Virus record (IMG/VR): IMGVR_UViG_3300023174_000203
Span: 1-55,683 of that record
Direction: 5' to 3' (one strand)
DNA from: a virus
Lineage: Duplodnaviria; Caudoviricetes
DNA length: 55,683 nt
Numbering within the stretch: position 1 is the stretch's first letter; every line of letters begins with the position of its first letter. Of the stretch, positions 36,349 through 44,797 are shown in pieces. A program made the translations under genes and the position numbers. Under the pieces are notes generated by a model. That model worked only from the letters and a program-made list of their open reading frames with translations, made no database searches and was not told the origin of the DNA.

Positions 36349-36867
36349 CTATATATTTCTCACGTTATAATAATATCCATCCCCATAATTAGAAGGAGAT
36401 AACGCATTCATAACACGTTCAACCTTTTGAACTTCACATAATTTAAATTGAACAACATCACCTGCTCTCAATGGAGATTCAGGTGGTTTAGGATAATATT
36501 TGTAGAATGCAAAATGCGTTACATTTCCACTTCGTAGATTTTCCATGTAATAGATAGTCTTATCCTCTGGAACATTGAAGTATTTTGAAGTGATTATCTT
36601 ACAATCTACCTTTGTATCTTCAACAATAAAATCATGGTAGATATTTACTGGTTTTTCTACTAATTTTTTCTTTAGTAGTTGATATTCAATTGCAAGACAA
36701 TCAGCGTGCATTATGCGACGCCAATCTTCACGACCATTTGCACGAAACTTATTTTTCATCTTATCGCGAAAAGCGATAAATTCTTCAGTCACTTCAAATG
36801 TTTCAACTTCCTCATGAATATTAGAGAGGTAGTTGTACAGAGTTGAGGAGTCCGTGATTGTGTTCAT
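36349..36867 (-). CDS. PD-(D/E)XK nuclease, possibly DenB (endonuclease IV)-like
   Basis: AIE...YHDF...VDCK core and C-terminal SNYGDGYY; likely start 36867. Confidence 0.5.
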   Translation of the reverse strand: MNTITDSSTLYNYLSNIHEEVETFEVTEEFIAFRDKMKNKFRANGREDWRRIMHADCLAIEYQLLKKKLVEKPVNIYHDFIVEDTKVDCKIITSKYFNVPEDKTIYYMENLRSGNVTHFAFYKYYPKPPESPLRAGDVVQFKLCEVQKVERVMNALSPSNYGDGYYYNVRNI

Positions 36868-37240
36868 GTGAGGGTGCTTTCCATCCTTCAGGTTTAATAA
36901 GGTCAGGCAGACCAAGTGGATTAGGACGTGATTCTTTTATACCAATTTGTTTACTCATATTGGCTTTATGTACTTCGTCCCATGCCTTTTGTGCATCTAC
37001 ATTAAAAAGATCTAGAGTGCCAATTGCAACAACACAAAGATCGATCAATGCATCTACAACATCTTCTGCAGATTCTGCAGTTCTAAGTTCAGTCATTTCT
37101 TCTTCAAGAAATTTTACACGAAACTCTAGAAACTTTTTTAGTTTTTCAGAATCAAACTCTTGAATTTTTGGTTTTACACCATAGTGTTCATGCATATTGG
37201 CAATATCGCCAACCCAATCTGTTAACATGCTGTTCTCCAT
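36821..37240 (-). CDS. MazG-like all-alpha NTP pyrophosphohydrolase (putative dCTPase/dUTPase)
   Basis: FLEEEMTEL, DVVDALIDL, EVHKANMSK, KPEGW; TAATG-coupled start 37240. Confidence 0.85.
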   Translation of the reverse strand: MENSMLTDWVGDIANMHEHYGVKPKIQEFDSEKLKKFLEFRVKFLEEEMTELRTAESAEDVVDALIDLCVVAIGTLDLFNVDAQKAWDEVHKANMSKQIGIKESRPNPLGLPDLIKPEGWKAPSHEHNHGLLNSVQLPL

Positions 37241-37392
37241 TACTTGTCTTTTACGCCACATTGCTCTTCCTTTTTCTCAATACATATTGCTTGAACGGGT
37301 TTTGGATATTCAACATAGTTATCAATCACTTTTCCTGCTCCCCACCACCCAAAGTATGTAAAGAATCCTGCAACTATCCATTCAACAATCAT
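37240..37392 (-). CDS. Small membrane peptide
   Basis: MIVEWIVAGFFTYFGWWGA...; ATGA-coupled. Confidence 0.65.
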   Translation of the reverse strand: MIVEWIVAGFFTYFGWWGAGKVIDNYVEYPKPVQAICIEKKEEQCGVKDK

Positions 37393-37511
37393 AGTAATAT
37401 TCCAATCAAAATTAATAGTCCAAGCCATTCCATAAACGTAAGCCTTTGATAAAACGCTAAGACGCTTGGAGCATACCTGCACATCCAAGCCTCAATGAAG
37501 TAAGTATCCAT
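37389..37511 (-). CDS. 40 aa membrane peptide (not in ORF track)
   Basis: MDTYFIEAW...WLGLLILIGILL; abuts both neighbours. Confidence 0.55.
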   Translation of the reverse strand: MDTYFIEAWMCRYAPSVLAFYQRLTFMEWLGLLILIGILL

Positions 37512-37512
37512 T

Positions 37513-37605
37513 TTATGGTTGCTCACGATCTATCATTGCATCAATAACAAGATAGATTGCAGCAAAAAAAGCTGCTATACAACAAACAATTTCAAATGTA
37601 TCCAT
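37513..37605 (-). CDS. 30 aa membrane peptide (not in ORF track)
   Basis: AGGAG SD; MDTFEIVCCIAAFFAAIYLVIDAM. Confidence 0.6.
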   Translation of the reverse strand: MDTFEIVCCIAAFFAAIYLVIDAMIDREQP

Positions 37606-37638
37606 AATTAAGCTCCTAATTAATCAGTTTATAAGGAT

Positions 37639-37701
37639 ATTATACACTAACTGCCAGAAATGTACACAAGTTTGTTAGAAAAGTGTATCTGGAATGATAC
37701 A
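37639..37701 (-). promoter_or_regulatory. Promoter TGTACA-N16-TATAAT with upstream palindrome TGTATC-N6-GATACA
   Basis: Shares architecture with 14266-14329. Confidence 0.75.
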
Positions 37702-37722
37702 AATTTGTTTCCAGTAGGAAAT

Positions 37723-38259
37723 TTACACATAAGAAATTTTCTTTTCTGACAATAAGTCATTTTTCTTAGCCCGGATGAACTGTTGCTTCTTTTTTAATGC
37801 TTTATCAAGATGATAACGATGTACTTTAGTTGTAAAATTTATACCTTCCATATGATCTAGCTCATGGAGGAAAACTCTAGCAGTAAGACCATCAAATTTC
37901 TCAGTAACCGTCTCACCATTTGGCATTGTGTAACGCACTTTGATTATTCTAGGACGTTTTATCTTAAGATATACATATTGATATGTTAAACATCCTTCTT
38001 CTAGAGCAATTTCTGTTTCGTATGATGCATCAATTATCCTAGGATTAAAACATGCCATTACAGGGTTGTTTGCGATCACAAATACGCGATAAGGAAGTCC
38101 ACATTGGTTAGCAGAAAGACCAAGACCGTTGTTTTTTAACATAGTCTCTGTTAGATTTTTTGCTAACTCAATAGGATCTATTGGAGGATCATCAAAATCA
38201 AAATGTTCTAGTTTAGTAGAAAGTAAAGGGTGATCAGGTTTAACTAATTCATATATCAT
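37723..38259 (-). CDS. def: Peptide deformylase
   Basis: GLGLSANQ, EGCL, HELDH motifs. Confidence 0.95.
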   Translation of the reverse strand: MIYELVKPDHPLLSTKLEHFDFDDPPIDPIELAKNLTETMLKNNGLGLSANQCGLPYRVFVIANNPVMACFNPRIIDASYETEIALEEGCLTYQYVYLKIKRPRIIKVRYTMPNGETVTEKFDGLTARVFLHELDHMEGINFTTKVHRYHLDKALKKKQQFIRAKKNDLLSEKKISYV

Positions 38260-38465
38260 ATTGTTTCACTCCATTTCTTTCCGCATGATAGACAGCTAAT
38301 ATCATTTACGTGTTTGTTTTTATCAGGATTTATGTTATTACCCTGAGCGTCGTATGTTGGTTGATAGTACGCCAACGTTGAAGTAGATTTAACTATAGAT
38401 CGTAGGCAATCATCTCGACTACAACCTGGACCACCGTCTACAAATTCTGCTAAAAAGCTTGTCAT
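38256..38465 (-). CDS. Small Zn-ribbon protein
   Basis: C-x4-C and CLSC.KKW. Confidence 0.65.
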   Translation of the reverse strand: MTSFLAEFVDGGPGCSRDDCLRSIVKSTSTLAYYQPTYDAQGNNINPDKNKHVNDISCLSCGKKWSETI

Positions 38466-40180
38466 GTTGCGATCCTACTAAAATTTTTATGCTTTTCAAA
38501 TTTAATCACACTATGGAACTTGTCGTATAGCTGATCACCCTTATGGCTTATGATGAATACATTTGTATCTTGTGCAAGTCCATTTAAGATCTTAATAAAT
38601 TCATCTGTGCCACCACTATCTAAAGAACTATCAAATACTTCATCCATAATTAATAAATTAGTTGTCGATGAGTTTCTTAGTTTAGCAACAGCTCTCCATG
38701 CAAATAACAATGCAAGATCGATTCTCATCTTCTCACCTTCAGAGAAACTTGCATAACTAAATTCATCTCTAAATCGTGACTTAATTGTTTCTTCGAAGTT
38801 CTCATTCAATTCAAAGTTAACAAAGAAGTCCATTGCAGATAGATACTTATTAATCAATTGATTGATAATTGGAATATACTGACGAATGATTCGTGTTTTA
38901 ATTCCACCATCTTTCAATAAACTAGATGCTACATCTAATATCTGTTTTTCCTTTGATAGATCTTCTTTCTTTATAATAGATTGTTTAAGCTCTGTCTTGA
39001 GAGCTTGAAGATCTATATTACTGTCATCATTATTTGCAACAGTCTGTTGAAGCTTTATAATTTCTTTTCTAAGATCGTTTTCAAAGTTATTCCACATTGT
39101 TATCTTAGTATTTAGCTCAGAGATCTTTTTATTATTCTCAGTGATAGATTTATTGATAACCTGAATTGCTGCAATACGATCCATTGCTGAATTAAATTCT
39201 TGTTGAAGAAGATCAGTGCCATCTTCTATATCTTTAATCTGCTTACTGTTTTTATCTATGATCTCATGCTTATGACCATCTTGAATTCCTTGCTTACAAG
39301 TAGGGCAATCATTATTGTCTTCAAAGAATTTAACATCCTTTTTCAGCTTAACTAATTTAACTCCTACTTTACGACGAAGATCTTCAAGCTGCTCATACTT
39401 CTTTTGAATTTTTTCTTTATCAGAAATAGAAATCTCTGCAGTTGTATTTAGTATTTCGTATTTTTGAATTTCAATCGCTGCTTGATTCTTAGATTCAACA
39501 ATACCATTTAACTGAATTTCTTTCTGTTTAACTACTTCATCATTGCTAGTACGAATAGTCTCTAGATGTTTCTTATGCATCTCAATCTTATCTGAGATTG
39601 ATTTCATCTCAAAGCTAATTGATACTAGATCTTCTTTGTTTGATTGAACTTTCTCTTTAAGAATGGTATTCATCATAGAAAAGATTTGAATATCCAAAAG
39701 ATCTTCAATAACTTGACGACGAGTGCCAGCAGGTAACTGCATGAAAGGAATAAAGTTTGCAGAACCAAGAACAACGATCTGATTAAACGACTTATGATTA
39801 AGCTTTAGAATATTCTTTTCTAGATACTCTTGATAATCACGAGTAGCAGAATCTTGATTCATCAGAGTTCCATTCTGATAGATCTCAAATATTCCTGGTT
39901 TTAATCCACGTCTAATTAGATATTCACTTCTACCTACATTAAATTCAACTTCAACTAATAGATTCTTTTGTGTAATAGAGTTTACTAGTTGAGGCTTATT
40001 AATGTTTCGAAATGGTTTGCCATACAACGAAAACAACAAAGCGTCGAGGATGGTAGATTTACCTGCACCATTTTCCCCGACGATTAGAGTAGATTTATTT
40101 CTTGTTAAATCAATCTCAGTAAATAGATTTCCTGTAGAGATGAAGTTCTTCCATCTCAACTTCTTGAAGTATATTGCCAT
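38462..40180 (-). CDS. 46: Recombination endonuclease ATPase subunit (gp46)
   Basis: GENGAGKST, CPTC hook, FSEGE, IMDE. Confidence 0.97.
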   Translation of the reverse strand: MAIYFKKLRWKNFISTGNLFTEIDLTRNKSTLIVGENGAGKSTILDALLFSLYGKPFRNINKPQLVNSITQKNLLVEVEFNVGRSEYLIRRGLKPGIFEIYQNGTLMNQDSATRDYQEYLEKNILKLNHKSFNQIVVLGSANFIPFMQLPAGTRRQVIEDLLDIQIFSMMNTILKEKVQSNKEDLVSISFEMKSISDKIEMHKKHLETIRTSNDEVVKQKEIQLNGIVESKNQAAIEIQKYEILNTTAEISISDKEKIQKKYEQLEDLRRKVGVKLVKLKKDVKFFEDNNDCPTCKQGIQDGHKHEIIDKNSKQIKDIEDGTDLLQQEFNSAMDRIAAIQVINKSITENNKKISELNTKITMWNNFENDLRKEIIKLQQTVANNDDSNIDLQALKTELKQSIIKKEDLSKEKQILDVASSLLKDGGIKTRIIRQYIPIINQLINKYLSAMDFFVNFELNENFEETIKSRFRDEFSYASFSEGEKMRIDLALLFAWRAVAKLRNSSTTNLLIMDEVFDSSLDSGGTDEFIKILNGLAQDTNVFIISHKGDQLYDKFHSVIKFEKHKNFSRIAT

Positions 40181-40183
40181 AGT

Positions 40184-41245
40184 TTATTCCACAGCCAAAG
40201 CTTCATTATATAATGTATTCATTAATTTGTACACATCTTTTTTATCAGCATTCATCTCAATAGAATCTACATACTTATTGAGCATCGTAATCATATCTTC
40301 TGCTTGATTGATAATCTCTTCATCATCTTCTAAATTCAAATTAAGATTATCATCAACTACCTGAATACCAGAGATTCCTAGTTTTTCAAGTTTTTCAATT
40401 ACAAGATCAAACCAATATGGATTTGTTTTGTTGTGAACGATTACTTTGATAAACCCATCTTTATACGCATCAATAGGAATATTGACAACTTCATCATATG
40501 TTTTATCTGCATCATTATAATGTAGTTTATGAAACATACGATATGGGTTTTCAATAAACTCTAATTGCCTTTGATGTAGATCGAATAGATGAAAGCCTCG
40601 TGGGTCATTATAGTCAGACCATGTAAGCTCATATGGGTTGCCCAAATAAGTAACATGACCATCAGTAGACCTGTGATGATAGTGACCACTGAATACAGAT
40701 TCAAACTTTTTAAACATGTCTTTAGATAGGCCTTCATGAGATTCCATTCCTTTGTACATCGCAAAACCAGCGATCTCAAAATGACCCATGCAAAGTGTCG
40801 ATGGAGTATCGTTTATTTCTTTCATGCATTCATGATAATTATCTGCGCATATCCATGGCACCATACATATCTCTGTACCTTCAATATGGATAGTTGCAGC
40901 AGAATTTATAACATGAATATTATCGTATTCTGCTAATAACAATTCAGGACTATTAACATCATTTGTATTTTTAAAATACGTGTCATGATTTCCAGTTAAC
41001 ATCCAAACTTTAATATTTCTCTCTGCTAATTTATCAAAGAACATCTTCTTAGCACGATCTAGAGAATAGAAGTTTACATACTTTCTTCTATCAAAAGTAT
41101 CCCCAAGAATAAGCACATGATTAATATCAGTTTTATCAAGAACAGGGAAGAAAACATTTTCGTAGAATCTTTCATAGAAGTCAAGGAATGAAGTAGAATC
41201 ATTTCTTGCACCAAAATGCTGATCAGTTATTAACGCTACTTTCAT
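40184..41245 (-). CDS. 47: Recombination endonuclease nuclease subunit (gp47)
   Basis: TDQHFG, GDTFD, GNHD, GHFE, SGHYH. Confidence 0.97.
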   Translation of the reverse strand: MKVALITDQHFGARNDSTSFLDFYERFYENVFFPVLDKTDINHVLILGDTFDRRKYVNFYSLDRAKKMFFDKLAERNIKVWMLTGNHDTYFKNTNDVNSPELLLAEYDNIHVINSAATIHIEGTEICMVPWICADNYHECMKEINDTPSTLCMGHFEIAGFAMYKGMESHEGLSKDMFKKFESVFSGHYHHRSTDGHVTYLGNPYELTWSDYNDPRGFHLFDLHQRQLEFIENPYRMFHKLHYNDADKTYDEVVNIPIDAYKDGFIKVIVHNKTNPYWFDLVIEKLEKLGISGIQVVDDNLNLNLEDDEEIINQAEDMITMLNKYVDSIEMNADKKDVYKLMNTLYNEALAVE

Positions 41246-41789
41246 CTATTTCCTCATTAGCAAAGAATTTCTCAAGTGCTTCAGGTTTCTTTTCTTTTTT
41301 CTTCATCTTAGATTCAAATGAATTAACAAACTCATTCATCTTTTCTGTATCGATGACGTAGTTACTATTACCATAAGAATCTCCATCATCAAACTTATCG
41401 TACATCTCTTCATGAATCATTGCTGATTCAAATGATTTATGTTTAATATAGAGTTGTTTACGTTCGCGATGAATTCTACGAAGGAATGCAAAGTAGATGA
41501 TCTGTGTAAAATAGGCAAATGGGTTATTTGACTTCTCTGGATCGAAGTTATTAATGTAGAGAATACAATTCTCTATGCCATCCGAGATCATCTCATCTTT
41601 GTAAGAGTAATTAGCAAAGTTAGGACGTCTAGCAAGATTCTTAGCAATCATAAGAAAGCATTCACCAAGATATTCTGTAATACGTGGTAGTTCTGCTTCT
41701 TCAGCCTTAGCAGCTAGTACCTTTTTCCTAAACTCACTGATGTGTTCAAAGAATTCTTTATTATTTACATAATGTACTGGTTTTTTCAT
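41223..41789 (-). CDS. 55: Late sigma factor (gp55)
   Basis: HYVNN, EMISDGIENC, NPFAYFTQI. Confidence 0.96.
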   Translation of the reverse strand: MKKPVHYVNNKEFFEHISEFRKKVLAAKAEEAELPRITEYLGECFLMIAKNLARRPNFANYSYKDEMISDGIENCILYINNFDPEKSNNPFAYFTQIIYFAFLRRIHRERKQLYIKHKSFESAMIHEEMYDKFDDGDSYGNSNYVIDTEKMNEFVNSFESKMKKKEKKPEALEKFFANEEIDESSVNN

Positions 41790-42196
41790 TGTAAAGTTTT
41801 AATTGTCACCTTCTGTAAAAAATCATTAAATGCGGCGTCCGTCTTTTCATTTAGTTGCTTATCCATTTGATAGTTCTTAATCATCATAATGTGTTGATCA
41901 ATCATCGAATCTACTTCTGGAACAAACTCTTCTTTAGCAGTTTCAACTGATAACATATAATACTCTGTCATATTCTGCTTAGGATGAGAGGTACTGATTA
42001 TTGAATTCTTTTTAAATGCAAAAATATCATCATGTGTGAATAGACCATAATATCTTAATTGAACGAAGATTCCACCCTTCATACTAACTGAATATTTAAT
42101 TGTCAGAGGATTCTTAAGAATGATATTCTCTTCATCTTCATCCAGCATTTCAGCTATTATATCATCTCCAGTATTTAAAGTAAATATTTTTATCAT
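41786..42196 (-). CDS. Conserved hypothetical protein
   Basis: L.TGDDIIA...NPL; between uvsW and 55. Confidence 0.7.
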   Translation of the reverse strand: MIKIFTLNTGDDIIAEMLDEDEENIILKNPLTIKYSVSMKGGIFVQLRYYGLFTHDDIFAFKKNSIISTSHPKQNMTEYYMLSVETAKEEFVPEVDSMIDQHIMMIKNYQMDKQLNEKTDAAFNDFLQKVTIKTLQ

Positions 42197-43650
42197 TGTT
42201 TTATCCTAACATTGTAGATGCTATAGTTAAACTTCTCTTCATCATAAATTTTAATTCTTTCAACAAAATGTTTCAGTGTGAAGTTTTGATGCGACTTAAC
42301 TGAAAGATCGTCTACTATGTCATAAAGTACAGCCTCATCTTTCTCATTATGTAAACGTAGCATACGACCTATAGACTGAAGAACCTTGATCTTCGATTTA
42401 GATGGGTGTGCTGCTATCATGTGGTGTAATTTATTTATTGATACTCCAGTGCTAGTTGTTCCTAGTGATGCTATTATAGTTGAGTTTTCTTCTTCTTCGA
42501 TAGCCTTTCGTATAGTTTCTCTATCATTACCTACAACCCCTCCATCGATATAGAATACATTCTGCCCTTCTCCATTGATCATACCATATAGTTCTTTACC
42601 ATGATCAATGATTCTAAAGAATACTAACTTATTACCTTTTAATGATAAGACTAAGTTCTTGATAAACTTATTTCTTTCAGTATTAGCAGTAAGAAAATCA
42701 ATTTCTTCTTGATATGATTTACCTTTTAAAGTCTTTGCAGTATCTTCAGGATATCTTAATACTATACACTTAATCTTTAACTTAGCAACATGACCTGCTT
42801 CCATTAATTCTGCTGTTGTCGTTGCTTTATATTTAGGACCAAATAATCCTTCAATAGTATGCTCATTTAGTTGTTGACCATCTAATGTACCAGTTGTACC
42901 GAATCTATACTTACACTTATCTAACTTAGATAGAATATTAATAAGAGTTGTTGCTTTACAACCATGTGCTTCATCACCAAACACTACATTAAATTGCTCG
43001 TACCATTGTTTAGGTACTCGTGTCTTACCATTATCTAATGACTGCCATGTAGTGATAACAACATCAGCAGGAATGTCTGTACTTTTATCTAGTCCCTCTG
43101 TACTCTTATGAATAACACCATTATAACCATAGGATTCAAAATCACTTGACATCTGTTCAACAAGACCAGTCGTAGGAACTATGACGAGTGTTTTCTTTTT
43201 ATACCATTGAGTGATCATGTAGATCATCAACGATTTACCAGAAGAGGTGGGAGATAGAAGTGTTCTACGATTAGAACGAAGACATTTTAATACAGAATCA
43301 AATTGATAGTCTCTGACCTGCAATTTCTCAGGCAATCCTAATCCATCGATAAACTGTTTTAGTTCATTGACAGAAATATTTTCATATGTAAGTTCATCAT
43401 CAAACGATACAGTATAATCACGAGCATCACAGAACTTTTTGATCTTCTTTGCTAGACCTGCATATATAATACACGTTACGTTGTTTAGTAGACGTATCTT
43501 ACCATCCCACATACGTGAACGATACTTAGGATGGAATTTATAATTATCTGCAAAGAATGTAAAGTTATCAGAGATCTCACGAATGATCCCTGCATCTGCT
43601 TCTACTCTAATATAGACTGAATTAATATGTTTGAGATGAACATCTGCCAT
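42193..43650 (-). CDS. uvsW: UvsW helicase
   Basis: WDGKIRL, PTSSGKS, DEAH, TGT, QSIGR. Confidence 0.96.
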   Translation of the reverse strand: MADVHLKHINSVYIRVEADAGIIREISDNFTFFADNYKFHPKYRSRMWDGKIRLLNNVTCIIYAGLAKKIKKFCDARDYTVSFDDELTYENISVNELKQFIDGLGLPEKLQVRDYQFDSVLKCLRSNRRTLLSPTSSGKSLMIYMITQWYKKKTLVIVPTTGLVEQMSSDFESYGYNGVIHKSTEGLDKSTDIPADVVITTWQSLDNGKTRVPKQWYEQFNVVFGDEAHGCKATTLINILSKLDKCKYRFGTTGTLDGQQLNEHTIEGLFGPKYKATTTAELMEAGHVAKLKIKCIVLRYPEDTAKTLKGKSYQEEIDFLTANTERNKFIKNLVLSLKGNKLVFFRIIDHGKELYGMINGEGQNVFYIDGGVVGNDRETIRKAIEEEENSTIIASLGTTSTGVSINKLHHMIAAHPSKSKIKVLQSIGRMLRLHNEKDEAVLYDIVDDLSVKSHQNFTLKHFVERIKIYDEEKFNYSIYNVRIKQ

Positions 43651-44093
43651 TATATACCAGTTTTAAATTTCTCCCAGTCGATCGCGCTCTTAATCTGAAA
43701 GCCACGATTAACTAAGGATTTAATAATATCTTCAAGGAATTGTATTTTTTCCTGCTGAAGTCCAATTTTTAGAGTTGCTTTAATAATATCAGGATCAGCA
43801 TCGATATAGTTATTTACTTCAGCCTTCAGGATAGCACCACGAGGAGGAAGCTTCCAACCCTTTTCTTCTGTATCTTCAGTAGGACCCATAGTATAGAATT
43901 CATACTTCTCTAACTTAAGAACTTTAAATTCTGATTCCCATTTACGAAGTTGTAAACGAGAAGTACTATAGATCTTATAGTATTTACTATGTAATTGTGG
44001 TATCTTAATAGCTTCCTGACCTAACTCAGTACGATCTATCTGAGTGTCTTTATCCCATTCTGCCTGAAGTTCTTCTATAGTCATTGTTAACAC
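43650..44093 (-). CDS. uvsY: Recombination mediator UvsY
   Basis: W.KD..ID, IPQLHSKY, RGFQIKSAIDW.KF. Confidence 0.93.
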   Translation of the reverse strand: MLTMTIEELQAEWDKDTQIDRTELGQEAIKIPQLHSKYYKIYSTSRLQLRKWESEFKVLKLEKYEFYTMGPTEDTEEKGWKLPPRGAILKAEVNNYIDADPDIIKATLKIGLQQEKIQFLEDIIKSLVNRGFQIKSAIDWEKFKTGI

Positions 44094-44135
44094 CTTTCAT
44101 AATAAATCTATAGTATATGATGATTGCTTAATAGA

Positions 44136-44164
44136 ATTATACTATAAATGACAAATGATGTACA
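44136..44164 (-). promoter_or_regulatory. Promoter TGTACA-N17-TATAAT (uvsY-uvsW)
   Basis: Motif and spacing. Confidence 0.75.
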
Positions 44165-44172
44165 ATGTTATT

Positions 44173-44706
44173 TTATAATCTTTTAACTTCAAATCGTTTG
44201 TAAGCAAATGACACAGAAGCTTCTAGATGGTCGACACTTGTTAATTTAGAATCAAATGTCATTCCTGCTAATGATATGGGAAATATATCATAAAATACGA
44301 CTTCTACAATCGGATTATAAGCACTAGATAGTATTGTCAAAGTAGCATCAGAATAATTTCCCTTAGAAGTAGTGTCTGCTGCTGGAGCATTTATCGGCGC
44401 AACAGTTCTATATTGATTAAAATTATCTGGATATCCTAAACCAATCATCCAATCGTAGATGTCTGTATAAGCTTTCATGTCTTCATCAACTTTAAATGTT
44501 GCAGACAATTCACTAAATTGAATTTGATCACCAGGAATAGGTAATTTAACAAATGGCGTAACTACACCAATATTTCCAAGTGCTAGATCTGGAATGTTTA
44601 TAGTTTGTACGAAATGTGTGAATATAGCAATTCTATTCACAGAGAATCTAAATCCTAATGGTGATAGGTAATTTAAATTTGTTGGCTGATTGGCTAATGC
44701 TGACAT
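44173..44706 (-). CDS. 3: Tail tube terminator (gp3)
   Basis: NYLSPLGFRF, F.VDEDM, SDATL, FPISL; follows gp23. Confidence 0.9.
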   Translation of the reverse strand: MSALANQPTNLNYLSPLGFRFSVNRIAIFTHFVQTINIPDLALGNIGVVTPFVKLPIPGDQIQFSELSATFKVDEDMKAYTDIYDWMIGLGYPDNFNQYRTVAPINAPAADTTSKGNYSDATLTILSSAYNPIVEVVFYDIFPISLAGMTFDSKLTSVDHLEASVSFAYKRFEVKRL

Positions 44707-44731
44707 GAATACTCCATAGGATATTATTCAA

Positions 44732-44739
44732 TATTTATA
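44732..44739 (-). promoter_or_regulatory. Late promoter TATAAATA (gp3)
   Basis: Exact consensus. Confidence 0.8.
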
Positions 44740-44743
44740 GACC

Positions 44744-44770
44744 AAAAAAGAGGAGCCGAAGCTCCTCTTT
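44744..44770 (-). terminator. Rho-independent terminator after gp23
   Basis: AAAGAGGAGC-TTCG-GCTCCTCTTT plus T run. Confidence 0.92.
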
Positions 44771-44797
44771 AATTACCGATCTTATCGTCGGTTCAGA

